Shown: positions 20,170-29,587 of the stretch, in pieces
Position numbering within the stretch: the first letter of the stretch is position 1
How the letters are laid out: each line of letters opens with the position of its first letter
Virus record (IMG/VR): IMGVR_UViG_3300027770_001980
Span: 157,357-221,356 of that record
Length of the DNA stretch: 64,000 nt
Direction: 5' to 3' (one strand)
Notes under the pieces: generated by a model
Told to the model about the DNA's origin: nothing
Database searches by the model: none
The model's input: the letters and a program-made list of their open reading frames with translations, nothing else
Position numbers and translations under genes: made by a program

Positions 20170-20928
20170 ATGACCGAGAACGAAAACGAACGCCAAAAGA
20201 TAGTAGAATATGTCAAAGCCATGTTAGGCGGTGGTATGATTGACGTTGAACTTGACCCTGTACATTACAATACTGCAATTGACAGGGCATTAGCTAAATT
20301 CCGTCAAAGAAGCAGTAATGCATCTGAAGAAAGTTTTGGATTTTTAACCTTACAGTTAGATCAAAATGAATATATTCTACCACAGGAAGTCACTAATGTG
20401 CGCCAAATATTCCGACGTAGTATTGGTAGCAGATCAGGCGGCGGAAATGGTGGTACATTGTTTGAACCATTCAACTTAGCCTATAGTAACACATATCTAC
20501 TAACCTCTACTAATATGGGTGGATTGGCTACATATTTTGCATTTGCCAGTTATCAGAAGTTAGTCGGTAAGATGTTCGGCAGTGAAATCAATTTCACATT
20601 TAACAAAACTACCAAGAAACTTACAGTTATGCAACGTCCGCGGGCAGAAGAAGAAGTCATGTTATGGTTATATAACTTCCGTCCGGACTTTAACTTAATG
20701 CAGGATCAGTTTGCAGGACAATGGCTCAAAGATTATGCATTAGCGACCTGTAAACTCATGCTTGGCGAAGCACGTGAAAAGTTTGGAAGTATCGCGGCAC
20801 CATCTGGCACCACACAATTAAATGGTGCATCTCTTAAGGGTGAGGGTAAAGCTGAAATTGAAACACTTGAACTCGATTTGGTCAACTACAAAGATGGTGG
20901 AACACCATTAACATTTGTAATTGGCTAA
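20170..20928 (+). CDS. gp13: Neck protein (T4 gp13-like); start refined to ATG 20170
   Basis: VEYVKAMLGGGMIDVELD...AIDRAL...QNEYILPQEV...WLKDYALATCKLMLGEAREKF...LNGASLK...EIETLE. Confidence 0.8.
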   Translation: MTENENERQKIVEYVKAMLGGGMIDVELDPVHYNTAIDRALAKFRQRSSNASEESFGFLTLQLDQNEYILPQEVTNVRQIFRRSIGSRSGGGNGGTLFEPFNLAYSNTYLLTSTNMGGLATYFAFASYQKLVGKMFGSEINFTFNKTTKKLTVMQRPRAEEEVMLWLYNFRPDFNLMQDQFAGQWLKDYALATCKLMLGEAREKFGSIAAPSGTTQLNGASLKGEGKAEIETLELDLVNYKDGGTPLTFVIG

Positions 20929-20985
20929 GGAAATATTGACACTGTAGCAAAAATGTAATAAATTATAGTATCACTTAGGGGTTCT

Positions 20986-21651
20986 ATGATTATTGGTTTT
21001 GTAGGGTTAATTGGTTCGGGCAAAGATACTGCTGCGGATTATTTGGTTAATTTTCACGGCTTTAGAAGAGATAGTTTTGCCAGCACTCTTAAAGATGCTG
21101 TCGCACATGTGTTTGGATGGGATCGAACGTTACTCGAAGGACGCACAGCAGAAGCCCGAGAATGGAGAGAACAACGCGACGAATGGTGGTCTGCTCGTTT
21201 AGGCAAAAATATAACACCACGCTGGATCCTACAATATTGGGGTACTGATTTATGTCGAGTAGGATTCCACGATGACATATGGGTTGCAAGTCTTGAGAAT
21301 AAGATGCGTAAAACTGGTGATAATATTGTTATCAGTGATGTGCGTTTTCCTAATGAAATTCGGGCAATACACAATTCAGAAGGAATAGTAGTGCGTATTC
21401 AACGAGGATTAGATCCCGAATGGATGGATGCAGCGAAATCATATAACCGTGGTCCTAACAGAAACTCTAAATGGTCGTTAAGCAAAGGTAAGTTAGATAA
21501 ACTAAAAATACATGCAAGTGAATATTCCTGGGTAGGTAGTGATATTGATTATACAGTAAACAATGACACCACAATAGATTCACTGTTTGATCAGATACAT
21601 GCTATTGTTAAAGATCGGGTACCAGATCCCCTTGCCTCCAAGGCAGCTTGA
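20986..21651 (+). CDS. Deoxynucleoside monophosphate kinase (T4 gp1-like)
   Basis: P-loop GLIGSGKDTAAD, SFASTLKDAV, PRWILQYWGT, VISDVRFPNE and HASE motifs. Confidence 0.9.
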   Translation: MIIGFVGLIGSGKDTAADYLVNFHGFRRDSFASTLKDAVAHVFGWDRTLLEGRTAEAREWREQRDEWWSARLGKNITPRWILQYWGTDLCRVGFHDDIWVASLENKMRKTGDNIVISDVRFPNEIRAIHNSEGIVVRIQRGLDPEWMDAAKSYNRGPNRNSKWSLSKGKLDKLKIHASEYSWVGSDIDYTVNNDTTIDSLFDQIHAIVKDRVPDPLASKAA

Positions 21652-21943
21652 GTTTGTGTAATATTCGTTGACAGTTAGCACACACTGTCTTAAGATTTGT
21701 ATACCTACAATTAGTTGGATTCCCGTCAATATAGAATACATTAAACTGTTCTATATATTTAGAAGTAAAGCCACATTTATCGCATGTGGCTTTCTTTTTG
21801 TATCCTGATTTCTGCCATAGCGGGGTGCCATCCTTGCGGTGGCTGGCACAATGATCACATTTAGATCTGTAGAAGGCTCTACCTTCTTTATAATAGTTAA
21901 CAGCAACGGGTCTTTGCCCGCATTCTTTACATAGATTTCTCAT
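21608..21943 (-). CDS. Zn-binding HNH-like protein, probably degenerate; start refined to ATG 21943
   Basis: CxxC pairs plus QFNVFYIDGNPTNCRYTNLKTVCANCQ, an HNH scaffold lacking the catalytic His; TAAATA on the minus strand at 21973-21978. Confidence 0.6.
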   Translation of the reverse strand: MRNLCKECGQRPVAVNYYKEGRAFYRSKCDHCASHRKDGTPLWQKSGYKKKATCDKCGFTSKYIEQFNVFYIDGNPTNCRYTNLKTVCANCQRILHKLKLPWRQGDLVPDL

Positions 21944-22040
21944 ATGCGCCCTTTTGTTGCCCTTTTCACTTGTATTTAACCCCTTGTTTTTTTCAAGACC
22001 GGCTAAATAACTCAAGTAATCCAATTAGGAGATATTACAT

Positions 22041-25010
22041 ATGGCAACTTTGAATTCACCAGGCGTAAGCGTATCAGTAATTGACGAGAGTTTTTACACA
22101 ACATCGGCTCCAGGCACCGTGCCTATGATATTTGTAGCGTCAGCACAAGATAAAACAAATCCAAGTGGATCAACAGCACTCGGAACCACCGCAGCTAATG
22201 CTGGTAAAGTTTGGTTGATGACCAGCCAACGTGATCTAACCGACACGTTTGGAACACCGAAATTTTATACAGATGCAAGCGGAAATCCTCAACACGGAAA
22301 CGAGTTGAACGAATATGGACTACAGGCAGCTTATAGTGCATTAGGTGTTAGTAGCCGTGCATATGTAGTTAGAGCAGATATTGACACCGGGATGTTAATT
22401 CCAACCAGTAATATACCAAAAGGTGAACCAGTTGGTGGTACATATTGGGTCGATACTAATGCCAGCCAATATGGTATTAAAGAATGGAATAATACTACAA
22501 AGAAATTTACAGTTAAGACTCCATTGATACTAAACGACGATTCTACATCAGACGAAATAGACATGGGAGAACCTACTTCCAATGTTGGTAAAGACGGCGA
22601 TTACTGCATAGTAGTAACTAAAGATAATGAAAACAGTCTTTATCATAGAGCAAGTGGTACTTGGAATTTAGTATATGACACCTTTGAAGGCGGCAAGTCT
22701 GTACAAATTAGTACACATTATGATTATCCTGATACAACCAGTTGGACAACAGGTAGTATATGGATTACCACAACAACAGCAACCAATGGAGCAAAATGGA
22801 CTGTTAAGAGATATAATAGTGCATCTCAGGGATGGGATACTGTTACTGCTCCTTTATACAGCAGTATTCCAGCAGCTACAAAAGCTATCGACGGAACCGG
22901 TGGACTAAACATCGCAACTGGTAGTGTATTCATCGAAACAGATTATAATCAAAGTGATAGTCAAACAGCAACATTTAAATTATGGAGACGTGCTCATAAA
23001 GGTATTACCAGCATTGTTAGTGCAGCAAGCACTGCTGTTACTGCCAGCCAGGCGTATGACTTTAAAATTAGAGAAACCACAGCGGGTTCCGATACATGGA
23101 GTTCCTGGATCGATGGTACAGTCATGGGTGATGGAGCCAAGACATTTGGATCAGCATTAGCAGACGCTATCAATTCAATGGGAACAGATAACATCTCGGC
23201 CAGTTATAATTCTACCACACACAAAATTACAGTAAGACATAATTTAGGTGGTGATTTTGAGATCCGAGATACTACCGATCCATTTTCGTCAGCAGGATTC
23301 ACTGTATATAATACTGTAACCAAGACAGGTACCGATAATCTATATACGCCTAACACAGGTGATCAAGGTGACAATGCAACTTTCTTAGCCACCAACTGGA
23401 AAGCATTAGTATACGAAGCTAAAAATGATGCTCCTTATACTACACCATCGGATGGCACATTATGGTGCAATGCAACCCACGACGAAGTTGACATCATGAT
23501 ACACGATGGTTCAACATGGGTAGGATATGCCACCGTATATCCAGATGCAGATCCACTTGGCCCTATCGTTGCGGTAATTGAGCCAATTGAACAAAGCGAT
23601 GGTAGCGATCTTGTAGATGGAGATATTTGGGTATCTACTGCAAACATGGATAGATACGGCAATGATCTTTATGTGTATGACTCAACTATCATGACTGGTA
23701 GCAAGTGGGTAGCACAGGATACAACAGATCAGTCAAGCCCAACAGGCTGGTTATTTGCAGATGCACGTTGGTCAAACAGCGGTACAGATGACTTCGAATA
23801 TTTAGAAAGCATTCCTAATCTGTTAGTTAGCGATTACTTAGATCCCGATGCTCCTGATCCTGCATTATATCCAAAAGGTATGCGTTTATGGAATACACGT
23901 CGTAGTGGTAACAATGTTAAGAAATTCGTTTCTGGATACATTGACATCACTGCTAACGATGGATTGAATACTCGCTATCAAGATGAAGATATGGCAGCTT
24001 ACAATATCGATCGTTGGGTAAGTCAAAATAATGTTGCAGAAGACGGGTCCGGTGTATTTGGCAGATTAGCACAAAGAGCACAGGTAGTCGCAGCCTTGAA
24101 AGAAACAATAGACACTAACTCATTGATTAGAGATACAGATACAGTAGTGTTTAATTTGATCGTAGCACCCGGATATTCTGAAGCTATTGCTAATATGGTT
24201 AGTTTCAACACTGATCGTGGAATCACCGCTTTCGTCATCGGTGATACACCATTTAGATTAAAGCCAACTGGTACAGACTTAGCAGCCTACGGTAAAAATA
24301 CTAATTTAGCATTGGATAACAATGACAAAGGTGCAGTCACACATGATGAATACATGGCTATGTATTACCCAAGTGGTTATACCAATGATAATTCTGGTAA
24401 CTATATTGTTGTTCCACCGAGCCACATGATGCTAAGAACATTCATTAATAACGACAATAAGAGTTATGTATGGTTTGCTCCAGCTGGAACTCGTCGTGGT
24501 GGTATTGATAATGCTACAAGCGTTGGATATATTACTGAAGAAAATGAATTCAAAACTGCGGCAATATATCAATCACTACGCGATGTTATGCAAGATCCAA
24601 CAGTTCAACTTAACCCGATCGCTACACTGGTCGGCGCTGGTTTAGTAGCATTTGGTCAACGTACTCGTGCAAGAAATGCCAGCAGTTTAGATAGAGTTAA
24701 TGTTGCTCGTTTAGTTTGCTACTTACGTCGTCAATTAGATATTCTTGCAAGACCATATTTGTTTGAACCTAACGATGCACAGACCCGTCGTGAGATCAAA
24801 GCGGCTGCAGAAAGTCTAATGCAAGAGTTAGTAGGACAACGAGCATTATATGACTACATCGTAGTATGCGATGAAAGTAATAATACTCCTTCAAGAATTG
24901 ACCGTAACGAATTGTACATGGATATTGCTATTGAACCTGTTAAGGCAATCGAGTTTATATACATTCCGTTGAGACTGAAAAATACTGGCGCAATCAAAGC
25001 TGGTTTATAA
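22041..25010 (+). CDS. gp18: Tail sheath protein (T4 gp18-like)
   Basis: LNSPGVSVSVIDES N-terminus; C-terminal WFAPAGTRRG, LNPI, VNVARL, FEPND, CDESNN and DIAIEPVKAIEFIYIP; TAAATA at 22004-22009. Confidence 0.95.
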   Translation: MATLNSPGVSVSVIDESFYTTSAPGTVPMIFVASAQDKTNPSGSTALGTTAANAGKVWLMTSQRDLTDTFGTPKFYTDASGNPQHGNELNEYGLQAAYSALGVSSRAYVVRADIDTGMLIPTSNIPKGEPVGGTYWVDTNASQYGIKEWNNTTKKFTVKTPLILNDDSTSDEIDMGEPTSNVGKDGDYCIVVTKDNENSLYHRASGTWNLVYDTFEGGKSVQISTHYDYPDTTSWTTGSIWITTTTATNGAKWTVKRYNSASQGWDTVTAPLYSSIPAATKAIDGTGGLNIATGSVFIETDYNQSDSQTATFKLWRRAHKGITSIVSAASTAVTASQAYDFKIRETTAGSDTWSSWIDGTVMGDGAKTFGSALADAINSMGTDNISASYNSTTHKITVRHNLGGDFEIRDTTDPFSSAGFTVYNTVTKTGTDNLYTPNTGDQGDNATFLATNWKALVYEAKNDAPYTTPSDGTLWCNATHDEVDIMIHDGSTWVGYATVYPDADPLGPIVAVIEPIEQSDGSDLVDGDIWVSTANMDRYGNDLYVYDSTIMTGSKWVAQDTTDQSSPTGWLFADARWSNSGTDDFEYLESIPNLLVSDYLDPDAPDPALYPKGMRLWNTRRSGNNVKKFVSGYIDITANDGLNTRYQDEDMAAYNIDRWVSQNNVAEDGSGVFGRLAQRAQVVAALKETIDTNSLIRDTDTVVFNLIVAPGYSEAIANMVSFNTDRGITAFVIGDTPFRLKPTGTDLAAYGKNTNLALDNNDKGAVTHDEYMAMYYPSGYTNDNSGNYIVVPPSHMMLRTFINNDNKSYVWFAPAGTRRGGIDNATSVGYITEENEFKTAAIYQSLRDVMQDPTVQLNPIATLVGAGLVAFGQRTRARNASSLDRVNVARLVCYLRRQLDILARPYLFEPNDAQTRREIKAAAESLMQELVGQRALYDYIVVCDESNNTPSRIDRNELYMDIAIEPVKAIEFIYIPLRLKNTGAIKAGL

Positions 25011-25042
25011 TAGGTAAATAACATAGATTAAGGAGCATTTAT

Positions 25043-25693
25043 ATGCCGGTTTCAAGTTTAAATAGATTTACAGTACCATTATCCGGAACACAAGGTGGCG
25101 GAACACAGGGACTGTTGATGCCAAAACTAAAGTATCGCTTTCGCGTTACTTTGGATCAGTTTGGTATTCCTGGACAACCAAGTACAGAATTAACCAAACA
25201 AGTTATTACTGTAAGTCGCCCGGAACTTACTTTTGATGATGCTACATTGGAAGTATACAACAGTAGAATTAAGTATCTTGGTAAGCACAAGTGGGGCGAT
25301 CCAAAATTAAAAATTCGTGATGATGCCAGTGGTGTTGTTAGTAAGAAAGTCGGTGAACAGTTACAGAAACAATTTGACTTCTTTGAGCAATCAGGTGCAG
25401 CATCTGGTATTGATTATAAGTTCAGAATGCGTGTAGAAATTCTCGACGGCGGCAATGGTGCTTACGAGCCTGTTACACTTGAAAGTTTTGAATTCTTAGG
25501 ATGCTTTGTTAAACAAGTAACTTATCAAGGTGGTGACTACGCTTCTAATGACGCAATGGATATTGAAATGACTTTATCAGTTGATAATGTAATCCAGTTA
25601 GAAGCACCTGGTGGTGCTTCCAGCGGTATTGGATTAGATATCGGCAGAGTGGTTCGCCCACCAACCGCACAAGGTCTCGGTACAGGCGGTTAA
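25043..25693 (+). CDS. gp19: Tail tube protein (T4 gp19-like)
   Basis: Follows the sheath gene. PKLKYRFRV...VSRPEL...YLGKHKW...IRDD...FLGCF pattern; TAAATA at 25015-25020 and an AAGGAG RBS. Confidence 0.85.
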   Translation: MPVSSLNRFTVPLSGTQGGGTQGLLMPKLKYRFRVTLDQFGIPGQPSTELTKQVITVSRPELTFDDATLEVYNSRIKYLGKHKWGDPKLKIRDDASGVVSKKVGEQLQKQFDFFEQSGAASGIDYKFRMRVEILDGGNGAYEPVTLESFEFLGCFVKQVTYQGGDYASNDAMDIEMTLSVDNVIQLEAPGGASSGIGLDIGRVVRPPTAQGLGTGG

Positions 25694-25714
25694 TCAATAA
25701 CGTCCTCCAAGCAG

Positions 25715-25743
25715 AACCTGGCTTAAACCCCAGGTTTTTCTTT
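25715..25743 (+). terminator. Intrinsic terminator after the tail tube gene
   Basis: aacctgg-cttaaacc-ccaggtt followed by a T-rich tract. Confidence 0.7.
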
Positions 25744-25757
25744 GGCTAAATAATAAT

Positions 25758-26990
25758 ATGAGTAATAGTCAAGCAAATGGATATTTAATAAACGCCGCCG
25801 GTGCTATAGGCAAACCTATCATGTCAGATTGGCAACATGCGAGTAAATTGTATGTTGATGAACTTTATAAAAGAGCTCCAAAATTTGGATTTCTTTATTT
25901 TGTAAATTTTAATATTGTTAGAAATGATACGATAATGGATCAAGGGTGGAAAGAGGAAGGATCCTATCAAGTTGGATTACTTGCTAAGAAAATTGATCTT
26001 CCTAAATTTTCAATCGAAACTGAAACATTAAATCAATATAACAGAAAAACAGTTATACAAAAAGGAATCAAATACAATAATATAAATGTAGAATTTCACG
26101 ACGACCATGGAAATATTGCAAATAATCTCTGGGTAAATTACTACAAACATTATTATTTTGATAGCCAACAACAACCAGAAGCATATCACGATACAAAATA
26201 TCAAAATACAGATTATCAATACGGAAGATATAATAATGATTTAAAACCAAGTAATTTTTTCGGAACTATTGAAATATTTGTATTGAATCAAAAAAGATTT
26301 ACAAAATATACATTGGTCAATCCAAAAATTACAGAGTGGAAACACGACGAAGTAGCTCAAGATGCTGGTAGTAAAATTTTACAGAATAGCATGACTATAG
26401 CATATGAAAATGTTTTATATGATGAAGGCGTGGTTGATGCAGATTTCGCAGGGCAGTTTTATGATAAAACACAAAGCCCTACGACACTTGGTCCAGACAA
26501 TGAAGTTTTATATAAGAAGAGGCTTGAATCACCATTTGATAAACCCGGCAAAGATACTGTGTTTAGCAACAGACCGCGCCCTCGTGGATTTGATAACGAG
26601 TTTGGAAAAAGAGACTTTAAAAAAGAGAAAGGTGCATTTCTTCCATCTGGTAATTTTGATAAAACATATAATCCAAGAACGTATGGAGCAATACGACCTA
26701 AAGCACCAGGCCAATTTTCACTGATAGCAGGTATATTGATGAACAATTATCTCAATCAAAATGGACTTACAAGACAAACTGCTACGGCATATAATATAGC
26801 AGGTAGTGTAATGAAGGCGACATTGAGTTCGGGTGCAGGAAAATATGCCGACCCACCAAGTACAGAAACAGCACCGGGTGTATTCCAATTGCCAGGCGGG
26901 GTTGGAATCAATATTTTCAAAGGATTTAATACCACAGTAGATGGTGGCATAAGAGCCAATCCTGCTGCTATATTATTCCCAAGCAGGTAA
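25758..26990 (+). CDS. Baseplate/tail-tube initiator-like protein (tube-fold paralogue)
   Basis: LAKKIDLPKFSIETETLNQYNRK...INVEFHDD...LVNPKITEW...MTIAYE is a gp19/gp54-like pattern; TAAATA at 25747-25752. Confidence 0.6.
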   Translation: MSNSQANGYLINAAGAIGKPIMSDWQHASKLYVDELYKRAPKFGFLYFVNFNIVRNDTIMDQGWKEEGSYQVGLLAKKIDLPKFSIETETLNQYNRKTVIQKGIKYNNINVEFHDDHGNIANNLWVNYYKHYYFDSQQQPEAYHDTKYQNTDYQYGRYNNDLKPSNFFGTIEIFVLNQKRFTKYTLVNPKITEWKHDEVAQDAGSKILQNSMTIAYENVLYDEGVVDADFAGQFYDKTQSPTTLGPDNEVLYKKRLESPFDKPGKDTVFSNRPRPRGFDNEFGKRDFKKEKGAFLPSGNFDKTYNPRTYGAIRPKAPGQFSLIAGILMNNYLNQNGLTRQTATAYNIAGSVMKATLSSGAGKYADPPSTETAPGVFQLPGGVGINIFKGFNTTVDGGIRANPAAILFPSR

Positions 26991-26995
26991 TAAAC

Positions 26996-27364
26996 ATGAA
27001 ACAAACCTATTCAAATGTTCCATCGGAACCAAGTAGTAATGATACTGTAAACGAATTTGATAATTTTTTATCAAGTAACACCGAATTGAGTCCAGCAGTA
27101 TATTCATCAATGATAGGATTTTTTGTCAACAGAGGGTTTAGCGAAGTATCATCCGAGACCATAACAACTACTCTAATGACACAGGCTCAACAGGATAATT
27201 TCAATCCTATGGCTATTTTAGATACTTTAAGAGGATTGCAATCTGTTGAATTATCAAGCATAGTTTCTGAGATATTAAATTATAATAGATATAAAAGCAG
27301 TAGTTTAGGATATTCACAAAAATTCAGTCCTAATCAAGAAGTATCAAGAAATATAATCGCATGA
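26996..27364 (+). CDS. Hypothetical protein
   Basis: 122 aa ORF in the structural operon. Confidence 0.5.
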   Translation: MKQTYSNVPSEPSSNDTVNEFDNFLSSNTELSPAVYSSMIGFFVNRGFSEVSSETITTTLMTQAQQDNFNPMAILDTLRGLQSVELSSIVSEILNYNRYKSSSLGYSQKFSPNQEVSRNIIA

Positions 27365-27798
27365 GTCTAAAGTTTAGCCAAATGGTATATCAGGTAAAGA
27401 ATCCTGAAAAATACGTTGGCACCAAACTTCCATATTGTAGAAGCAGCTGGGAAACAACATTCTGTATGTTTTGCGATGGTAATCCCAGTGTACAACAATG
27501 GTCCAGCGAACCCGTTAAGATTCCCTATAGAGATCCATTAACAGGAAAAGCAACAGTCTATGTGCCTGATTTTCTGATCACATATGTTGATAAAAATATG
27601 AAAAAACATGCTGAGCTTATAGAAATTAAACCACGCAATCAAGCGGTATTAGAACATGTTGGAAAGAATGCATATAATCAAGCACAATATGTTAAGAATA
27701 TGGCCAAGTGGGCTGCTGCTAATAAATGGGCACAACAACAAGGATTAAAGTTTAGGGTGATTAACGAAACTGATATTTTTTCCAATACTAAAAAATAA
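27361..27798 (+). CDS. gp4: Head completion nuclease (T4 gp4-like, TnsA-N/PD-(D/E)xK fold)
   Basis: NPEKYVG...RSSWE...WSSEPVKIPY...YVPDF...IEIKP...N.AKW...FRVINE. Confidence 0.88.
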   Translation: MSLKFSQMVYQVKNPEKYVGTKLPYCRSSWETTFCMFCDGNPSVQQWSSEPVKIPYRDPLTGKATVYVPDFLITYVDKNMKKHAELIEIKPRNQAVLEHVGKNAYNQAQYVKNMAKWAAANKWAQQQGLKFRVINETDIFSNTKK

Positions 27799-27811
27799 AA
27801 TAAGTAATATT

Positions 27812-28288
27812 ATGACTAAACGACTTGAAGACCTACTAAACGTAGAACCCTCTGAACCTCTAATTACTCCTACAAGTGTAGATGCAACTCCGGTTACAAC
27901 TATTGACATAGAGGATAAATTAGAAGAATTTGATAAAATCTCAGCCGCATTACCCCGTGTAAAAGGATTGGGCGATATCAGTGATGCAGAATTTGATTCA
28001 TTGGCCGCAAAAGCAGAACAAGCATATGACGATCTAATGGACTTAGGAATGAATGTAGAAGCACGTTATGGTAGCAAGATGTTTGAAGTTGCTGCTACTA
28101 TGATGACTGCTGCTATCACCGCTAAGAGCGCAAAGATTGATAAGAAATTAAAGATGATCGATCTACAGATTAAAAAGTTAGCAATTGATAGAAAAAACGG
28201 AAAAGAAGGAGAAACAGTAGAAGGAGAAGGATATATCCTTACTGATAGAAATAGTATCCTTGCAAAGTTAAAAGATTTGAAATCTTAA
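27812..28288 (+). CDS. Probable terminase small subunit (T4 gp16-like)
   Basis: Helical protein with ARYGSKMFEVAATMM, resembling the gp16 R.(Y/F)EV motif; lies upstream of the large terminase. Confidence 0.55.
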   Translation: MTKRLEDLLNVEPSEPLITPTSVDATPVTTIDIEDKLEEFDKISAALPRVKGLGDISDAEFDSLAAKAEQAYDDLMDLGMNVEARYGSKMFEVAATMMTAAITAKSAKIDKKLKMIDLQIKKLAIDRKNGKEGETVEGEGYILTDRNSILAKLKDLKS

Positions 28289-28299
28289 TAAATAATACT

Positions 28300-28890
28300 A
28301 TGAAAACATTTACTCAATACCTATCCGAGTCAACTAAAAAGTATGACTTCCGCATTAAATTTGCTGGGGAGTTCACTACCGAGCAAGAAGCCTCAATGAA
28401 ATCATTATTGAGCAAATATGCAGTTAGTGGCTTTAAAAAGACTGGCACTACTCCTATCCAAGCATTACCATTAGACTTTCCTCAAGTTAAAAACTGTGAA
28501 GTTAACATCTATGAAGTAGTGTTAGATTACCCTACTACACAGCAAGAACTTACTGAATACTTAACTTCAGAGTTGAAAGTCAGTAAAAGAAATTTAGTTG
28601 TTCGTAGTCCATTTGAACATACTGAAGAATATCAGCATACTGAAGAACCACGTAAAGGTGCATTGTTAGATGACCCAAACTATTCAGAAGCAGGTAGTCC
28701 TAAATTTGAGGATTACTATGGAGACAAGTATAACTCGGGTTTTGTTAAAGAGCTAAATGATATTCTTAAACTCCAACGCAAAGCACGTGGAGAAGAGATA
28801 CCCACAGAAAGTGCCGCTAAATTTAATACCGACACTGAAGAAAAACAAGCAAGCCTTTTAAAGTTTCAGGCCCAAGACCTAAGGAAATAA
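28300..28890 (+). CDS. Prohead core/internal protein with a capsid-targeting-like N-terminus
   Basis: Begins MKTFTQYLSE, comparable to T4 IPIII MKTYQEFIAE; TAAATA at 28289-28294. Confidence 0.5.
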   Translation: MKTFTQYLSESTKKYDFRIKFAGEFTTEQEASMKSLLSKYAVSGFKKTGTTPIQALPLDFPQVKNCEVNIYEVVLDYPTTQQELTEYLTSELKVSKRNLVVRSPFEHTEEYQHTEEPRKGALLDDPNYSEAGSPKFEDYYGDKYNSGFVKELNDILKLQRKARGEEIPTESAAKFNTDTEEKQASLLKFQAQDLRK

Positions 28891-28892
28891 TT

Positions 28893-29525
28893 ATGCAAAT
28901 GATCGATGTAATGAAGCGTTTGGCAGAGTTGGACAGCAAGAATCCTACTATTGTTAAAGAAAATCAAGAAATAGAAGAATGCGGTATGATGCCTATGCCT
29001 GGTATGGGTATGGAACGTCCATCAACACCGGCCAGCATAAACATGACAGCAGGCAGCGGCGAAGAACTAAGCGACATGCTTGCTACTATTATGCAATTGG
29101 CAGGAGTTAAGCAACACGGCGTTGAAGAACCAATGAGTGCGGAACCCATGGGTGCTGAACCAATAGTAGCATTAACCGCTGAACCAGAAATGGGCGGAAA
29201 TGATGATACTATGGATATGCGTTCTATCATCGATAAATTAAATCCAATGGATGGCGAACAGGATGGCGTTAGTGCAGCACATGGTGACATTGACAACGAC
29301 GGCGACCACGATATGGCCGACCATGAAGAAGAAACCGACGAAGGTCAATACGACAACAGTCCTGCTGATCCACGTAAGCCACCTCCATTTAAGGCAAATC
29401 AATTTGCACACCAAGAAAATCAACCCGGACAAGGTGACAGAATGGATGGCAACATGCCCAAGGCCACAATGGAACAACAATTAATGGCTGACTATAAGCG
29501 TTTCATTTCTGAAACAAATGAATAA
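28893..29525 (+). CDS. Acidic, Met/Pro-rich putative prohead core protein
   Basis: Low-complexity acidic sequence with a DIDNDGD motif, ending YKRFISETNE. Confidence 0.45.
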   Translation: MQMIDVMKRLAELDSKNPTIVKENQEIEECGMMPMPGMGMERPSTPASINMTAGSGEELSDMLATIMQLAGVKQHGVEEPMSAEPMGAEPIVALTAEPEMGGNDDTMDMRSIIDKLNPMDGEQDGVSAAHGDIDNDGDHDMADHEEETDEGQYDNSPADPRKPPPFKANQFAHQENQPGQGDRMDGNMPKATMEQQLMADYKRFISETNE

Positions 29526-29545
29526 TAAACATTAGAACGTAGTTC

Positions 29546-29573
29546 AAATAGCCTCTTCGGAGGCTATTTTTTT
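29546..29573 (+). terminator. Intrinsic terminator with a cUUCGg loop
   Basis: aaatagcctc-ttcg-gaggctattt followed by a T tract. Confidence 0.9.
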
Positions 29574-29587
29574 CATTAAATAAGATT

